Below are positions 24,801 through 34,140 of a stretch of DNA of 64,000 bases, piece after piece. The notes beneath the pieces are model-generated. The model ran no database searches. It saw only the letters and a program-made list of their open reading frames with translations, and was not told the origin of the DNA. Within the stretch, counting starts at the first letter, position 1; every line of letters starts with the position of its first letter. The position numbers and the translations under genes were made by a program. Source of the stretch: Perna viridis. Taxonomy: Eukaryota. The stretch is from contig CM074516.1 in assembly GCA_037379345.1 (NCBI GenBank), positions 45,731,626 through 45,795,625 on the forward strand. The letters are read 5' to 3'.

Positions 24801-27800
24801 TTGTCTCTGTGATAACAGTTTACATAGTATAATTCTCTGTAGGCTTAGGCCCAGTTTCATGGAATTATTCTGTGTAGGATTAGGCCCAGTTTTATAGTAT
24901 TATTCTCTGTAGGATTAGGTCCAGTTTTGTAGTATTATTCTCTGTAGGACTAGGCCCACTTATATAGTATAATTCTGTGTAGGATTAGGCCTAATTTTTT
25001 AGTATTATTCTGTGTATTATCAGGCCCAGTTTTTTTAGTATAATTCTCTGTAGGATTAGGTTCAGTTTTTTAAATATAAATTAAATCTGGTCTTTTTTTG
25101 TTGCGGGTATACAGTACATATCTACTGAAATAACATGGTCAATATGGTTATATCTTTTCGGCATTGTTTCTGCCTCTGCCTGACCTTTATAAACACTGGT
25201 AGATTAACTATGCTCATAGGTAACAGGTACCATGCAGATATTTAACTAGTTTCTTACTGGCATCACTTTCAATAGTTTTTAAATGTTTTCAGTGCTCACA
25301 AAAGGTTTGTTTTGAAATTTTGAGCTAAAGTAGTTTGCTTCAGTGATAATTTGCTGTAAGGCAGAGAAATGGGTCAATTTCATATATTTTATTGACCCAC
25401 GAACCACGAATTCAAGTATTCAACAAAATGTCATTTTTCCTGTTACCATGAAAATTTATACCCACAAAAATAAATTAAACCACAGTATTTTTTTCCCAGT
25501 CTGTCTGTTGATTATACTTTTGAAAGCACATTTCGTTGGAAAATACTGCTCCAATTTTCACTAAATTTTGTAGGTATTTTCATCATACGAAGTTGTTCAT
25601 GTTACAAGAATTTATGATCCACTGAATTTTGTGGCAGTAAATACCCATTTGAACTTTGCCTACAAAAACAAACTTCAATTTTTAAATCAGATTATAAAAT
25701 GATTTGACCAAGTCAAATATTTGAAGACTGCATGTTAAAAATATTTTTAAAAAACCCAATTATTTGCAACAAATCCCTAGATTTTGATTTTTTTTGGTTA
25801 TTATTTTTTTTTTTTTTTGGAAAGGGTTTGTGCAGCTCACCTACAATTGTAATTGTTTTTTTTTTTTGTCTTTCTTGTTATTTGTCCTGGTTGGTTTATG
25901 TGTTCTTAGACATTTATTGGCACTTCATGCACATTTGAGTATTTATCAATGACTCGTATTATTATTTCAGCTTTAGCTGTAGAGGAACCTGCCCAAAACA
26001 AGAGTGTTAGTGTCAGGGCTTTAAAGGTTGCAATAAGGAAACATCTACAGATGCCAGAACCAGATTATAATAGATGCAGGTAAAAATGGTTCTGACACGA
26101 GTTCAGGGACTTCTTACATGAGTGTTCAGTAATTATGTCTTTTGCACAAGTGAAAAGACAATGAATTTCTCTCCCAAGTGCAAGAAATCTCAACAGTTTC
26201 ATTAGGTACAAGTATAAGTACCTTTTTCTTCAGAAGAGCTCTGCATTTTATAGACAAATCTACTTATAGTCAGTGTGAATACCTCAATCTACTTATGATC
26301 AGTGTGAATACCTCTATCTACTTATAGTCAGTGTGAATACCTGTCTCTACTTATAGTTAGTGGGAATACCTGTATCTACTTATAGTCAGTGGGAATACCT
26401 CAATCGACTTATAGTCAGTGTGAATACCTCTATCTACTTCTGATCAGTGGGAATACCTCTATCTACTTATTATCAGTGTAAATACCTCAATCTACTTATA
26501 GTCAGTGTGAATACCTCTATCTACTTATGGTCAGTGTGAATACCTCAATCTACTTCTGATCAGTGTGAATACCTCAACCTACTTGGGGTCAGTGGGAATA
26601 CCTCAATCTACTTATGGTCAGTGTGAATACCTCTATATTTATAGTCAGTGTGAATACCTGTATCTACTTATAGTCAGTGTGAATACCTCTATCTACTTGT
26701 GGTCAGTGTGAATACCTCTATCTACTTGTGGTCAGTGTGAATACCTCAATCTACTTATTATCAATGTGAATACCTGTATCTACTTGTGGTCAGTGTGAAT
26801 ACCTCAATCTACTTATAGTCAGTGTGAATACCTCTATCTACTTGTGGTCAGTGTGAATACCTCAATCTACTTATGGTCAGTGTGAATACCTCAATCTACT
26901 TATGGTCAGTGTGAATACCTCTGTATTTATAGTCGGTGTGAATACCTGTATCTACTTATAGTCAAGTGTGAATACCTCTATCAACTTGTGGTCAGTGTGA
27001 ATATCTCAATCTACTTGTGGTCAGTGTGAATACCTCGGTCTATTTGGGGTCAGTGGGAATATCTCAATCTACTTATTATCAGTGTGAATACCTGTATCTA
27101 CTTATAGTCAGTGTGAATACCTCTATCTACTTGTGGTCAGTGTGAATACCTCTATCTACTTATACTCAGTGTAAATACCTCAATCTACTTGTAGTCAGTG
27201 GGAATACCTCTATCTACTTATAGTCAATGTGAATACCTCAATCTACTTATAGTCAGTGTGAATACCTGTATCTACTTATAGTCAGTGTGAATACCTCTAT
27301 CTACTTATAATCAGTGTGAATACTTGTCTCTACTTAAAGTTAGTGGGAATACCTGTATCTACTTATAGTCAGTGTGAATACCTCTATCTGCTTATGGTCA
27401 GTTTGAATATCTCAATCTACTTATTGTCAGTGTGAATACCTCAATCTACTTATGGTCAGTGTGAATACCTCTATCTACTTATGGTCAGTGTGAATACCTC
27501 TATCTACTTATAGTCAGTATGAATACCTCTGTCTACTTATGGTCAGTGTAAATACCTCTATCTACTTACGGTCAGTTTGAATATCTCAATCTACTATAGT
27601 CAGTGTGAATACCCCTTTCATTTCCCACAACTGGCACTGCTATAGTGTGTTGTTTAATCATAAATCACTTGTAATGTTGCCTATGTGCTTGTTTTGATTG
27701 GTTAATAAAATGAGTGTGGTCTTGTATGAACTAAAAAAACACCCTTTTATAAACAAATTGAAATTTTCCTAATGTGATAATTTGGTGTTGAAAGGAAAAC

Positions 27801-30800
27801 TTGGACTAATGCAACTGACCGTTTTTGGAGAAAGACACATGTATTGAAAAATATTGATAATATATTGGTGTGTCTGTTAAAAAAATCACTTACATTTTTT
27901 TTGTTTTTAGGGATGCATTTAACTAAACTAAAAAAGTATGGAACTTACTTGCTATGGATATGTGACTAATAAATTGTGATTTATTTTCAGTAAATTATTC
28001 CATAGCTTGATACAGTTATCACTATCAGGAGGGATGGAACTCTGTGGGAAAGAAGAGGCATGGAACTATTTTGTGGAAGTTATAGATATTATTGACAAAA
28101 AATCACAGGTAAAAATTATTCTATTCTAGCTTTTGATGGACAAATGCTGTGGAGGTGTTGTCATCTGTGGTACCAGTGAAGTTTTCTGTCATATCAAATC
28201 TTATGTGGAAAGTTGCAAAATGATTTGGTTAAATAATACATCAAAAAAAAATTATTTTCAGACTCATTCGTAGGAGAAGTTTTTTTTATCTAAACAAGAT
28301 TCAAGCACCAGTGGTCAGTTTCACTAAAAATTTTAAGTCTATGACATCATTACTTACAACATAATTTACATTTTGTTTAGGAAAGTTGCTCAAGTAGCAA
28401 AATATCTTGGCAGTCCTTTTAATTCCTGAACACCTGAGAGAACCTAATCGTGGCAGTCCTTTTAATTCCTGAACACCTGAAAGAACCTAATCGTGGCAGT
28501 CCTTTTAATTTCTGAACACCAGATGGAACCTAATCATGGCAGTCCTTTTAATTCCTGAACACCTGAAAGAACCTAATCGTGGCAGTCCGTTTAATTTCTG
28601 AACACCAGATGGAACCTAATCGTGGCAGTCCTTTTAATTCCTGAACACCTGAAGGAACCTAATCATGACAGTCCTTTTAATTCCTGAACACCTGAAAGAA
28701 CCTAATCATGGCAGTCCTTTTAATTTCTGAACACCAGATGGAACCTAATCATGGCAGTCCTTTTAATTCCTGAACACCTGAAGGAACCTAATCATGACAG
28801 TCCTTTTAATTTCTGAACACCTGAAGGAACCTAATCATGGCAGTCCTTTTAATTTCTGAACACCAGATGGAACCTAATCATGGCAGTCCTTTTAATTCCT
28901 GAACACCTGAAGGAACCTAATCATGACAGTCCTTTTAATTCCTGAACACCTGAAGGAACCTAATCGTGGCAGTCCTTTTAATTCCTTTCATTTGTGTATT
29001 GGTCATTGATTGTATTGGATTAAGTTAGCTTTCAAGTATTCTTTTGAAACCCATAAGTATTGTTCTATTTTGGATTACAGGGCCAGTATCCAGAGATAGA
29101 AATTCTGTGGTTAATGACTAAGGCATGGAACTGTGGCATCAATTTTTACAGGTAAGTTAAGTTGTGTTTTCCACAAAGATGATATGGATGATTTAAAAGA
29201 GTAAAAGAATTTGTCCACCACAATCAAGCTGCTTACTGTAATTCATAAAGCTGAACTTCTATTAAAAACTTCTAAATTTACACTGCAATTTGGTTATTTT
29301 AAAACTAAATTTTGTATTTTTTAAATAAATTGTATGCATTTAATTATGTTATTCATGGTAAAATCAGCTAATAAGGGGAAATGTAGTTTATTTTCGTCCT
29401 AAATGTACGTTTTTTAAATAACATCTTACAGCATTTCATTAACTTCTGTGAATGAGATCAAAAGACAAATCAGTGATTATTATAATTATTGAACAAACAT
29501 ATTTGTAGGTAAGCCTGAACATTGTCAATATGTCACTCCATTATCAAGCCAATCAACTGTTTATTGAGGTTTGTCATGGGGTATTTTGTTTTTGTAAGAA
29601 TAATAATCTTGACAAAAATGGACTGAGATAACCTGTTGAAGTGTTCCTCAGCTTGTTCACAATTAATCCTGCTGTAGAAAAAATTCTTTCTGATAGAACT
29701 GATGTTGCCATAATGGATAACAAACTGTCAGCTAGGATTGCTAACCAAGGAAATCTGTTCTTATTATGAGCCCACCAATGTAGGGGGTTAACATTTAAGT
29801 CACTTTATCCACATTGTATGTTTGTATAACAAAATCGTGTTCATTGCAAAATTTAATCAAGGGACTGATGAATAAGAAAGTCAATCTCACTCTTGACACT
29901 TTGTCCTCGGTTCATCGTTGTTATCTGTTTCAACAGAATTTCAGTTAATTTTGATTCAAGTTTATCCTCTGCCACTTTACATTGGTTTTTGTGGAGAAAT
30001 TTCATTGGCTTATATTGTGGATCCATAATGCAGGCTAGAACTGTTGTGGTTTGTCCTATATTGCTGTCATTGAAGCTATAATGATGCTTCAATTCATCTT
30101 CACTGCATTCCTTTAATTGAACTGTGATCATCAGATAATTTCAAACTTTACTTTGAGAGTCTAGATACTATGGGGTAAATCTGTGAGACACACACATTTA
30201 GTTCATTAGTCATGTATGTTGTAACATCAGACAGATCTTTCAGCACAAGGTATAAATCGAAAATGAACTCCCATTCATCATCTTTTGGTAACAGAATCGT
30301 ATTGGTTTTCTTAGTGATCGAAATGTCTAACATTAGGTGGTGTTCAACCATATGTTCTAGCATATGTAAAGTGGAGTTCCATCTTGTAACCACATCTTGG
30401 ATCAGTTCATGTTGAGGGTTACCAAGAAGTTTCTGTAATCTGGGTGTTTAATAGTGTGGTAGAGTATTTAATATGTCCAACTAGTTTGTGACACTTAGCA
30501 ACAGTCTTTGATACGTAGATGATTTTGATACATGACTTAAGTTTGTGCCCAAAACAGCCCAGATCATTCCATTCTGGGCACTTTGCCCTGGCACATTCCA
30601 TATACTTGCTTTGTCATGGACCACAGAATATATTTTATCTTCAATTCCAAATTTTGTGTAACAAATTAATTTTTTCTGTAATGTTCGCTGTACATCTTTC
30701 TAGCATTTCGTGGGTAAACAATGCATTTGATATAAATTCCTATCTGTCAGTTAAATGATGTTCTGTTGCAGTCAAATAATTGTCATTTGATGCATTTATC

Positions 30801-31739
30801 AATGAAACAGACTGCACTGACTGAAGATTCTAAATGAGATTGTTTCTGTTCTTCAGTCAGTTTTTCTATCTTGGATCGTATGGTATTACAGGATGACACC
30901 TTGTAGCTAGGACTAACAATATTCAAGAGGTCAAGTTCATCCTGGTCCACACATTCTGTTTTTTTTTGTTTTTTGTTTTTTTTTTTAGAGAGAACTAGTC
31001 ATCAGAGTTTGGTTCACATCTACAGTATTATTTTTGTTCTTCATTCAATGGCAAAATATTTGATTAAGAAAAAATTATATGATCTCTTCCATTAAAATTT
31101 AACCCTGTTTCTCATGAAAAGAAGATGAGGATACGAAAAAAACTCAAAAATTGTTCTTTTATAGTACCATAATGTGAACAATCTTGTGTATTTTTAAACA
31201 ATCAGCTCAGGAAGGTATAGTGATGCAGAGAAATGGTGTGCTACTAGTATGAAGCTTCTGTTGTTCCTTGGTCCACTAAGGAGTAATTATGAAGATCATG
31301 TAAGTCTGTACCACTGTGATCAACATGTTTATTACTGTTTGTTTATAATTTACTACAAATGTTAGAGTGAGTTTCTCACAGAAGTATTTGTTATTTACAG
31401 TAGTTTACATCTTCCATTAATTGTGTGTCTTTAGTGTATAGCACCAGTGTCTGTGACAGGAATTACCAAATTTAAAATGTTACTTTCCTCTTAGTTATTT
31501 TTTTCTTTCAACCAGACAAATTCTTACTAGACATACCTGTAATCTCACTGCAGATATGTGTACATCATTTACATATTGTGAATACAAGGTATTATTTTTG
31601 TGCTTTTGTTCATTGTGTATTGCACATAGCATTATATCCATTGCAGTGTAACAAGACATTTTGTAATGTGCTTTGTGCCTGTATTGAGTTTTTATGTAAC
31701 ATTTGAATAAATAGCACATGTTTATTGAACTGAGCTTTG

Positions 31740-31771
<32 letters not shown>

Positions 31772-31876
31772 TTGACATGTTTTTTTTTCTTGCAGATGAA
31801 TAACACATATTCTGAAATACTGGCTAAAATAGAGGCTAGCAGGACCAAAGGTAAATTTAAAGGCCAAGAAGAATGA
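800..31876 (+). CDS. TEX11: Testis-expressed 11 / ZIP4 / SPO22 meiotic TPR protein; 24 coding exons in window, 5'-partial
   Basis: Spliced GT-AG exons with continuous phase total 2396 nt and end in TGA at 31874-31876. The translation is collinear with vertebrate TEX11 motifs: CYNFGVD..YEEAVTWL, LRLLASTYIEW..KALNAVTLAN, WYNYSL..LAKLHRN, NEASWFMKISWNMA, LLLLYEFEARVKLND, YPEIEILWLMTKAWNCG, AEKWC. Confidence 0.95.
1162..1290 (+). CDS. TEX11: TEX11 exon (YVKVCQ...FKILCYRAES); donor duplicated in the downstream minisatellite
   Basis: tttcAG acceptor, GTAAGT donor at 1291; matches FRVLSYQAES of TEX11. Confidence 0.85.
1276..1593 (+). repeat. 27-bp minisatellite (~11.7 copies) TACAGAGCTGAAAGT|GTAAGTTT(C/A)TTG spanning a TEX11 exon/intron junction
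   Basis: Direct tandem units every 27 nt; translates as (YRAESVSFL)n. Confidence 0.95.
1993..2073 (+). CDS. TEX11: TEX11 exon (CLEENRCQEALEMALLAKEMLVNFPKE)
   Basis: aAG / GTATGT, phase 0-0. Confidence 0.85.
2674..2811 (+). CDS. TEX11: TEX11 exon (GAFLSMMCYNFGVDMYQKKRYEEAVTWLRESFELGK...KNQ)
   Basis: AG / GTTTGT; lies within ORF 2560-2865; SPO22-domain motif. Confidence 0.92.
3402..3497 (+). CDS. TEX11: TEX11 exon (ARTLRLLASTYIEWSPKEHLQKALNAVTLANA)
   Basis: AG / GTGAGT, phase 0-0. Confidence 0.92.
3566..4726. mobile_element. Degenerate non-autonomous DNA transposon (hAT-like), ~1.16 kb
   Basis: Imperfect TIRs CATTGAAAATGAAA / TTTCACGGTCACTG; flanks TTAGAT / CTAGAT; subterminal GTCTAGT/GTCCAGT motifs shared with 15734-16677. 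Confidence 0.45.
5204..5285 (+). CDS. TEX11: TEX11 exon (EHSHPAGLYIKLKILLVNGDSDEGIGR)
   Basis: tacAG / GTATTG, phase 0-1. Confidence 0.9.
5400..6155 (+). mobile_element. Helentron/HINE-like non-autonomous element with an internal ~107-bp-period duplication (5858-6043)
   Basis: 5' TTCACCTGG, 3' GTGAGTAATTCAGGC..GCCTCTAGT end shared with 12980-14147 and 52238-53311. Confidence 0.55.
6393..6474 (+). CDS. TEX11: TEX11 exon (AVEDILQQSGTSVDMVLSLTQLLNESKR)
   Basis: tacAG / GTACTT, phase 1-2. Confidence 0.88.
7174..7325 (+). CDS. TEX11: TEX11 exon (YEVSKEVLVHSLTKFDSSPDLGKL...LVEQSII)
   Basis: ccAG acceptor, weak GTCAAT donor, phase 2-1; overlaps ORF 7196-7402. Confidence 0.85.
7752..7837 (+). CDS. 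TEX11: TEX11 exon (DHNTGQPLDKDVLKRFHVLLWEKAGEEFE)
   Basis: ttccAG / GTATAC, phase 1-0; matches HQTGRQL..LHNILWRQAASSFE. Confidence 0.92.
7979..8396 (-). CDS. NNMT-like coding exon 3 (SDWLKKEEDLRNKIKRILPCDV...IIILAEMI*)
   Basis: ttcAG acceptor; includes ORF 7979-8314; TAA stop. Confidence 0.93.
7979..9969 (-). CDS. NNMT/INMT/PNMT-family SAM-dependent N-methyltransferase, 261 aa, 3 coding exons, nested antisense in a TEX11 intron
   Basis: join(9969-9810, 9212-9005, 8396-7979) = 786 nt, open, GT-AG. Family motifs FNPKLYL, LLDIGTGPS, LTD...NR, HDWTPF, CDV, CLEAAC, LLRQGGKL. Confidence 0.93.
8576..8767. mobile_element. MITE with TACTGTGAA...TTCACAGTA ends (Tc1/mariner-like, TA flanks) in NNMT-like intron 2
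   Basis: Terminal inverted repeat; internal similarity to 46454-46663. Confidence 0.7.
9005..9212 (-). CDS. NNMT-like coding exon 2 (EVKGHRLLDIGTGPSLH...HDWTPFFKFFSKLDGNE)
   Basis: aacAG / GTAAGT, 208 nt, SAM-binding motif I. Confidence 0.93.
9810..9969 (-). CDS. NNMT-like coding exon 1 (MEEQIRQGYDFQTYFNPKLYLSTFY...IYSS)
   Basis: ATG at 9969, GTAAGT donor; a ttcAG acceptor 8 nt upstream of the ATG suggests an upstream UTR exon. Confidence 0.88.
11097..11234 (+). CDS. TEX11: TEX11 exon (SKDYQSSLDWYNYSLSLY...LAKLHRNRANCYINLQMNVK)
   Basis: ttcAG / GTTAGG, phase 0-0; TPR motif. Confidence 0.93.
11416..11518 (+). CDS. TEX11: TEX11 exon (ADDVLHEAEKYDPESVHTQFTMYKLALAQSDLEK)
   Basis: ctcAG / GTTTGA, phase 0-1. 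Confidence 0.92.
12644..12747 (+). CDS. TEX11: TEX11 exon (AKASLHKMCVFATN...LICLAAHMAFE)
   Basis: ttAG / GTATTG, phase 1-0. Confidence 0.88.
12980..14147 (+). mobile_element. Helentron/HINE-like non-autonomous element
   Basis: TTTAAGCTCATCTGG 5' end, GTGAACGATTCA..GAGCCTCTTGTTT 3' end, degenerate internal repeats. Confidence 0.6.
15074..15201 (+). CDS. TEX11: TEX11 exon (QQQQSTASEALECLANTSPDHLQVLTSLRCLIRMSL...)
   Basis: catAG / GTACTG, phase 0-2. Confidence 0.9.
15408..15557. mobile_element. ~150-bp MITE-like inverted repeat
   Basis: AGGAAGGATTATTATATTTTTTC vs GAAAAATATAACAATCCTTTCCT (reverse complement). Confidence 0.55.
15734..16677. mobile_element. Non-autonomous DNA transposon with CAGGG TIRs and 5-bp TSD AATAT
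   Basis: CAGGGTTTGAAATTA ... TAATTTTGATCCCTG, flanked by AATAT on both sides. Confidence 0.75.
17374..17411 (+). CDS. TEX11: TEX11 small exon (INMEKITKHIRT)
   Basis: ttcAG / GTAGTG, phase 2-1; needed for frame continuity. Confidence 0.8.
17590..17735. other. Assembly gap (146 N) in a TEX11 intron
   Basis: N run; flanking exon phases are compatible and the protein is collinear, so no exon appears to be missing. Confidence 0.99.
17841..17927 (+). CDS. TEX11: TEX11 exon (YNKLLQLIGERKDMAEQLRNEASWFMKI)
   Basis: ttcAG / GTAAGT, phase 1-1. Confidence 0.92.
18026..19238 (+). repeat. 33-bp minisatellite (TTTCAATCTCAAGAGTCACAGGATACATGTATA) split by a transposon insertion
   Basis: ~1.5 units at 18026-18073 and ~4.7 units at 19083-19238. 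Confidence 0.9.
18074..19082. mobile_element. Non-autonomous DNA transposon, 1009 bp, 6-bp TSD CAAGAG
   Basis: TIRs CAGTGATTTAGC / GCTAAATCCCTG; the empty site can be rebuilt from the minisatellite unit. Confidence 0.85.
19553..19623 (+). CDS. TEX11: TEX11 exon (WNMALQNEDNPQCMRDLFSLCCQ)
   Basis: ttAG / GTATCT, phase 1-0. Confidence 0.92.
20893..21009 (+). CDS. TEX11: TEX11 exon (LSSLCEVENNQLSRQKTCRLMAAAASLQVAR...EQ)
   Basis: ctAG / GTATAA, phase 0-0. Confidence 0.92.
21294..21381 (+). CDS. TEX11: TEX11 exon (RNSLEDALHHVEECKRLCCQIQSNILSST)
   Basis: tttAG / GTAAAC, phase 0-1. Confidence 0.9.
21927..22079 (+). CDS. TEX11: TEX11 exon (DIKSKDTTDILLLLYEFEARVKLND...KTFETLA); CAGCAG tandem acceptor (alternative start 21930)
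   Basis: tatCAG|CAG acceptor / GTTTGT donor, phase 1-1. Confidence 0.92.
23130..23646 (-). mobile_element. SINE-like retroposon (Meta + Deu/Nin-domain type) with (AAAC)n tail and 13-bp TSD
   Basis: Exact TSD GCCGCCTGAAGAT (23117-23129 / 23647-23659). Minus strand carries GTCGTAAAAGGCGACTAA, GCACGTAAAAGAACCC and a 3' ATAGCTGAAATATTGCT..(AAAC)n. Confidence 0.8.
24823..25068 (+). repeat. ~35-bp minisatellite (TAGTATTATTCTCTGTAGGATTAGGCCCAGTTT), ~7 copies; ~2 more copies at 22097-22180
   Basis: Tandem units visible at both positions. Confidence 0.85.
25971..26079 (+). CDS. TEX11: TEX11 exon (LAVEEPAQNKSVSVRALKVAIRKHLQMPEPDYNRCS)
   Basis: ttcAG / GTAAAA, phase 1-2. Confidence 0.92.
26258..27613 (+). 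repeat. 29-bp minisatellite (ATCTACTTATAGTCAGTGTGAATACCTC(A/T)), ~47 copies
   Basis: Continuous tandem array. Confidence 0.97.
27991..28108 (+). CDS. TEX11: TEX11 exon (KLFHSLIQLSLSGGMELCGKEEAWNYFVEVIDIIDKKSQ)
   Basis: ttcAG / GTAAAA, phase 2-0. Confidence 0.92.
28408..28985 (+). repeat. 43-bp minisatellite (TGGCAGTCCTTTTAATTCCTGAACACCTGAAGGAACCTAATC(A/G)), ~13.4 copies
   Basis: Period 43 (28408, 28451, 28494...). Confidence 0.97.
29081..29151 (+). CDS. TEX11: TEX11 exon (GQYPEIEILWLMTKAWNCGINFYS)
   Basis: tacAG / GTAAGT; ZIP4 C-terminal YP..E..WL...WN.G motif. Confidence 0.95.
29590..30950 (-). pseudogene. Decayed hAT/Ac-type (ZBED1/ZBED4-like) transposase
   Basis: Frameshifted fragments: CFGHKLKSCI (CxxH), DVVTRWNSTLHMLE, LACIMDPQYK, and dimerisation domain WWAHNKNRFPWLAILA..ATSVLSERIFSTAG. 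Confidence 0.85.
31206..31299 (+). CDS. TEX11: TEX11 exon (SGRYSDAEKWCATSMKLLLFLGPLRSNYEDH)
   Basis: atcAG / GTAAGT, phase 2-0. Confidence 0.93.
31739..31770 (+). repeat. (TTA)n microsatellite upstream of the last TEX11 acceptor
   Basis: ~10 TTA units. Confidence 0.95.
31796..31876 (+). CDS. TEX11: TEX11 last coding exon (MNNTYSEILAKIEASRTKGKFKGQEE*)
   Basis: ttgcAG acceptor, TGA stop, AATAAA downstream. Confidence 0.9.
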   Translation: MNNTYSEILAKIEASRTKGKFKGQEE

Positions 31877-31917
31877 ACTTGTATCTATTACAGAAATACA
31901 ATGAGTCGTAATAATGA

Positions 31918-31923
31918 AATAAA
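31918..31923 (+). terminator. Candidate TEX11 polyadenylation signal AATAAA (second candidate ~32024)
   Basis: AATAAA 42 nt after the stop; the second AATAAA is followed by a GT/T-rich tract. Confidence 0.5.
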
Positions 31924-32139
31924 CTCATTTTATTGCTGTTATTTTCAGATGTTTTACACTAGAACATAACCAGCTGAAATGTATAAATGGTGTAAAAGGT
32001 GTTTCTTGAAAATTAAAAGATAAAATAAATGTGTTTTTTTGTTTGTTTAATGTTTTGTCTTGTTTGTCTTAGCTTTTTCTATCCTTTTTAAAATACCTGG
32101 CATATGATATTCAACAAAAAGGAAGAAGACTTCTTACAA

Positions 32140-32510
32140 TTAAGCCTCTGTAACAGGGTTATGTTGCTACAAGATTTGAAGAAGATCATCTCTACAGAAG
32201 TTTTATGGACGTCATCGTGAACACGTATTGTTAGGGTGTATCCATCTGCACCTGGAGAACTGATTTGTTCAACATATAGTTTTCCTTTACTCATTCATCT
32301 AACCGGACTTGACTTCATAATGAGCAACTCAGTGGGTTTTTCTAGAAAAGCAGAGTATGCTTACCCTATCGGTGCACCTGGTACATGCTCCCAGTTTTTA
32401 GTGGAGTCCAAGTTGTTCATTTACTTTTATTGCTTTGTATATATTTTTTTTTATGTTGTCTGGATAACATTCTTTTGATTTCCGCTAGAATCTTGGTTCC
32501 ATTGTTTACT
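32140..32510 (+). mobile_element. 3' remnant of an RT-encoding retroelement (Penelope-like C-terminus plus 3' UTR)
   Basis: Degenerate QGYVATR..SSLQKFYGRHRE followed by a GCTTACCCT..GCACCTG..CCCAGTTTTTAGTGG tail that I recognise as a common bivalve repeat. Confidence 0.5.
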
Positions 32511-32639
32511 GAAGTTATACCATCTAGAACTCAACTCAATACATTACTAATTAACATAGAACAAAGTGTTGTGGAAGAAAATATGATACAAAAAAGTTGT
32601 AAGGAAAAGTACTAGAGCCTTATGCTTGGTGTCTTATCT

Positions 32640-32870
32640 GGACATTAAATGGCAAGTATTCAAAGCTTTACTATAGCTCTACTTTATTTAGAACCCACCA
32701 GCATTGCTTCAGACCCTTTATCAGTAAGCTAGAAATAGTTGAAAGATGTGCAACTCGACTTTTATCACCAAAGATTATTCAGAAGATCCTGGTCATAAAT
32801 CGAACCAACTTAATGGAATATACTAAGCCTTAACCAGTAGACACAAGAAGGAAATAACTCGGCTATCACA
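32640..32870 (+). mobile_element. Degenerate CR1-like LINE RT C-terminal remnant
   Basis: Fragments ISKLEIVERCATR / ITKDYS resemble KLE.VQRRA.RF. Confidence 0.35.
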
Positions 32871-33494
32871 CCAAGTTGTGGTGCCAATAGTTGAAGTTGA
32901 ATAGTTTCATGGTGATCCCTATGACGAGATTGAGCACTATAGTGGATTGGCTCCCAGTGACAGACGTCCTCCGTTCGTCATCAATGTTCGCCCTTATTTA
33001 TCAGACATGACCTTTAATTGCCAGTACAGTGAGATTCTTGCAAGATGAGGAACAGATCAACATTCATGAAGCAGCCCAGTCTACTCATTGTTTTCTGTGC
33101 TGCTTGTTTTAGTGTACCGTTTAGTTACTCAGTGTTGTAAGAATTGCTATTCGTCTGTTGTCTATTTCGTGCCTGTTCCTAGTTGGTGTTTCTTTACTTA
33201 ATTAAAACAAAGGATGCTTACAATACTGTTACAACTTTTCCTTGATCATAGATTTATTGTAAAGACTGGATTAAACTTTTATTTTTATGTCATTTTTTTC
33301 TCGTAAGATCTTTATTTTTTTCCTTTCATTGTTTAATTGGTATTTTTGTTCAAAATGGACTTTGTAATCTTGTTAAAATACAGGTTCCACTACAATTTTG
33401 TTCAAATACGACTCCTCGGAATTTCTCTGCTCTGAAATGTTTCTAGTACCTTTGAAGCAATTTGAAATACTAAACAAAATATAACGAAAGCTAT

Positions 33495-34140
33495 TGTCAG
33501 CTCACCTGGTCCACAGGCTCTGTGAACTATTGTCATCACTATGTGTCCGTCGTCCGTAAACTTTTTCAAACATCATCGCCACTGAAACTACCCAATAGAT
33601 TGTAAACAAACTTTGCATAAATGTTTCTTAGGGTATTTTTAACCATCCTTGTGTGGGGATTTTTTATCTGACAAAAACCATGACCGCTGTTACTAAAAAT
33701 AGACCATATCAAATTGTTGAATTATGCAAATATCTCAAAAACAGTTTGGTTTAGCTAAAGTCTGGTAGGGATCAAATTGTTCAGCATGAAAGGATGGACC
33801 CATGTCGAAATTTTCAGAAAGATCCATTGACGAATGTATGAGTTACGGGTCCTGAAATGGATTTTTTCCCGAATTTTACGTTTCCAACTTTGGAAATCTT
33901 CTCTAAAAATACTGAATGGTTTGAAACAAAACCTTGCATGAATATTATGTAAAATATGTTTAACAATCTATGAATGTGAATTTTTTATCCTGTGAAAAAA
34001 AAACATGGCCACCGTTTGTAAAAATAGACCATAGAGATGACTTTTATTTCGGCATTGTATTTATGGTATGCCGAATCAAAATAGTTATCTTATAGAGGTC
34101 GAATTTCAGAATTGTGCAAATAAGTCAAAAACAGTTTGGT
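33495..34140 (+). mobile_element. Helentron/HINE-like element (3'-truncated), same family as 52238-53311
   Basis: AGCTCACCTG start; shared blocks AAAAATAGACCATA, CAAAAACAGTTTGGTTT, AAATTTTCAGAAAGATC. Confidence 0.65.

Noticed and set aside
26258-28985. Regular 29- and 43-bp repeats that superficially resemble CRISPR arrays
   Set aside because: Units are head-to-tail with no unique spacers, there are no cas genes, and the context is a eukaryotic intron. The same applies to 49590-51131, 58875-59761 and 62605-63367.
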